Assembly: GCA_965208105.1 (NCBI GenBank)
Contig: OZ242318.1
Span: forward strand, 1,472,001-1,536,000
Direction: 5' to 3'
DNA: 64,000 nucleotides
Source: Candidatus Latescibacterota bacterium
GTDB taxonomy: Bacteria; Latescibacterota; UBA2968; UBA8231
The translations under genes were made by a program, and so were the position numbers. A model generated the notes under the pieces. The model was not told the origin of the DNA. It did not search any database and was given only the letters and a program-made list of their open reading frames with translations. Shown here one piece after another: positions 62,488 to 64,000 of the stretch (positions within the stretch are counted from its first letter, which is position 1; the number at the start of each line of letters is the position of its first letter).

Positions 62488-62516
62488 ATATTCCTCATTC
62501 GATCACCTTGCTGCCC

Positions 62517-63329
62517 ATGAGCGCGTTTCGCGATAAATCGGTCATCATCACAGGAGCTTCGTCGGGGCTCGGAGCGGCCCTGGCCCTGCAACTCGCGCGC
62601 GGCGGTGCCCGCCTGACGCTCTTCTCTCCCGAAAGAGACCGGCAGCGGGAGGTCGCAGATCTGTGCGAAGAGGCCGGCGGCCGCGCCTTGGCGGTGATCG
62701 GCGACGTCACAAGTCCCGCGGACTGCGAGAGTATGACCGAGCAGGCCGTCTCCCACTTCGGGTCGGTGGATTTCCTGGTTGCCAACGCCGGCATCAGCAT
62801 GTGGGCCAGCTTCCCGGAAATAAAGGACCTGGACATCATTCGCCGGCTGATCGAGGTGAACTATCTCGGCGCCGTGAACTGCGTCCATCACGCCCTTCCA
62901 CATCTGCGGCGAAGCCGGGGAATGATCGTCGCCATCACCTCGATCCAGGGCAAGATCGGCGTGCCCATGCACACCGGCTACGTCGCCTCCAAGCATGCCC
63001 TGCAAGGTTTTTGCGAAGCTCTCAGGATGGAGCTCGAGGACAGCGGCGTCGACGTACTCACCGTGCTGCCCCACTGGCTGCGGGGCACCGAGCTCAGAAA
63101 GCACGCGCTGGGGAAGGACGGCAGGGAGCTGGGGACCTCCTCCCGGAAGCACAGCCGGGAATCGGTCTCCATCGAGGCCGCCTGCGAAGCCATCCTCGTG
63201 GCGATGCGCAAGCGCCGCCGCGAGCTGGTCATTCCCTGGAAGCTCAAGCTCCTCCTGGGGCTCAACCTGTTCTGTCCCGGGATGGCCGAAAGCATCATCA
63301 CCTCGGCCATGAAGAAGCAGGACAGGTAG
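62517..63329 (+). CDS. SDR oxidoreductase, DHRS7/DHRS7B-like
   Basis: TGASSGLG, NAGIS, VNYLG, IVAITSIQGKIG, Y.ASKHA.Q.F...LR.E. Confidence 0.85.
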   Translation: MSAFRDKSVIITGASSGLGAALALQLARGGARLTLFSPERDRQREVADLCEEAGGRALAVIGDVTSPADCESMTEQAVSHFGSVDFLVANAGISMWASFPEIKDLDIIRRLIEVNYLGAVNCVHHALPHLRRSRGMIVAITSIQGKIGVPMHTGYVASKHALQGFCEALRMELEDSGVDVLTVLPHWLRGTELRKHALGKDGRELGTSSRKHSRESVSIEAACEAILVAMRKRRRELVIPWKLKLLLGLNLFCPGMAESIITSAMKKQDR

Positions 63330-63516
63330 GGCGATGCAACCGCCCTTCCAGACCTCCGGCCCCGCCTCCACCCGCAGTTCCCCCGCTCATTTCTTGACAC
63401 CAGCAACCGCCTGGTATTAAGTACTAAAGAGTTGCAGAATCCTGGTTGCGGAGCCGCCAAATGCCCGTGGACCGGGGTAAATCCGGAAAACCTCAATCTC
63501 GCGGGAGACCTGAACC

Positions 63517-64000
63517 ATGACCCCAGAACAACGCTACATGTTCGATTTGACCGGCTACCTCCACCTCGAGAACGTGCTCAGCGAGGAAGAGCTGAAAAAC
63601 GCCCAGGAGGCCACCGAGCGCCACCTCAATACTCCGGAGGAAGAGCTGCCCCCGGGATTCGGCATCGATGGCAGGCGCTACCTGCACGGATTCGCCTTCG
63701 ACAAATGCCTGGAAGCCCTGACCATGCATCCGGCCACCTGGCCCATCATCAAGGAACTGACCAACGACAAGCCGCGTTTCGGCAGCGGTACTCTCACCGC
63801 CGACCTTCCCGGAGAGGTCACGGGGGGCGGGCTGCACTGCGCCCGCGAGGACTACGGCTGGGAAAGCACGCGCTACGAGTGCCGCGACGGCCGCATCTAC
63901 TGCGACGACTTCGTCGTGTTCCCCTATTTGGACGACGTCAATCCGGGCGACGGGGGCCTGGTGGTGGTCCCGGGCTCTCACAAGGCCAATTTCCACCGCC
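63517..64000 (+). CDS. PhyH-family dioxygenase, runs off the window end
   Basis: Manual translation MTPEQRYMFDLTGYLHLENVLSEEEL...GLHC...YLDDVNPGDGGLVVVPGSHK. Confidence 0.85.
   Translation, partial: MTPEQRYMFDLTGYLHLENVLSEEELKNAQEATERHLNTPEEELPPGFGIDGRRYLHGFAFDKCLEALTMHPATWPIIKELTNDKPRFGSGTLTADLPGEVTGGGLHCAREDYGWESTRYECRDGRIYCDDFVVFPYLDDVNPGDGGLVVVPGSHKANFHR

Overview
GC-rich bacterial chromosomal window of about 56 CDS and one tRNA-Thr(UGU). The gene content (futalosine pathway, several PhyH dioxygenases, secreted proteins ending in a W-G-x-x-K tail) suggests an FCB-group or Latescibacterota-like organism; this is inference. Most genes are housekeeping or metabolic: hisS, mqnB/D, ppk1, dapA/B, uvrB, dnaK, sulfite/nitrite reductase and an E1 alpha/beta pair. 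The standout is at 22.7-26.4 kb: an ECF sigma factor followed 15 nt later by one intact ~1028-aa ORF that is a miniaturised RNA polymerase beta-beta' fusion. It keeps the catalytic DFDGD, the beta active-site residues and the sigma2-binding clamp helices, but lacks the lobe, flap, beta' Zn finger and trigger loop. Other notable items: a eukaryote-like alkyl-DHAP synthase next to a DHRS7B-like reductase; a ~168-bp structured repeat (3 full copies plus a half copy) with a compensatory base change; three clustered proteins with a shared C-terminal motif; a DtxR-like operator upstream of a DHOR-Rieske-porin cluster; and a sigma54-type promoter at a stand-alone dnaK. All homology calls are from motifs recognised by eye against remembered family sequences; no database search was run.
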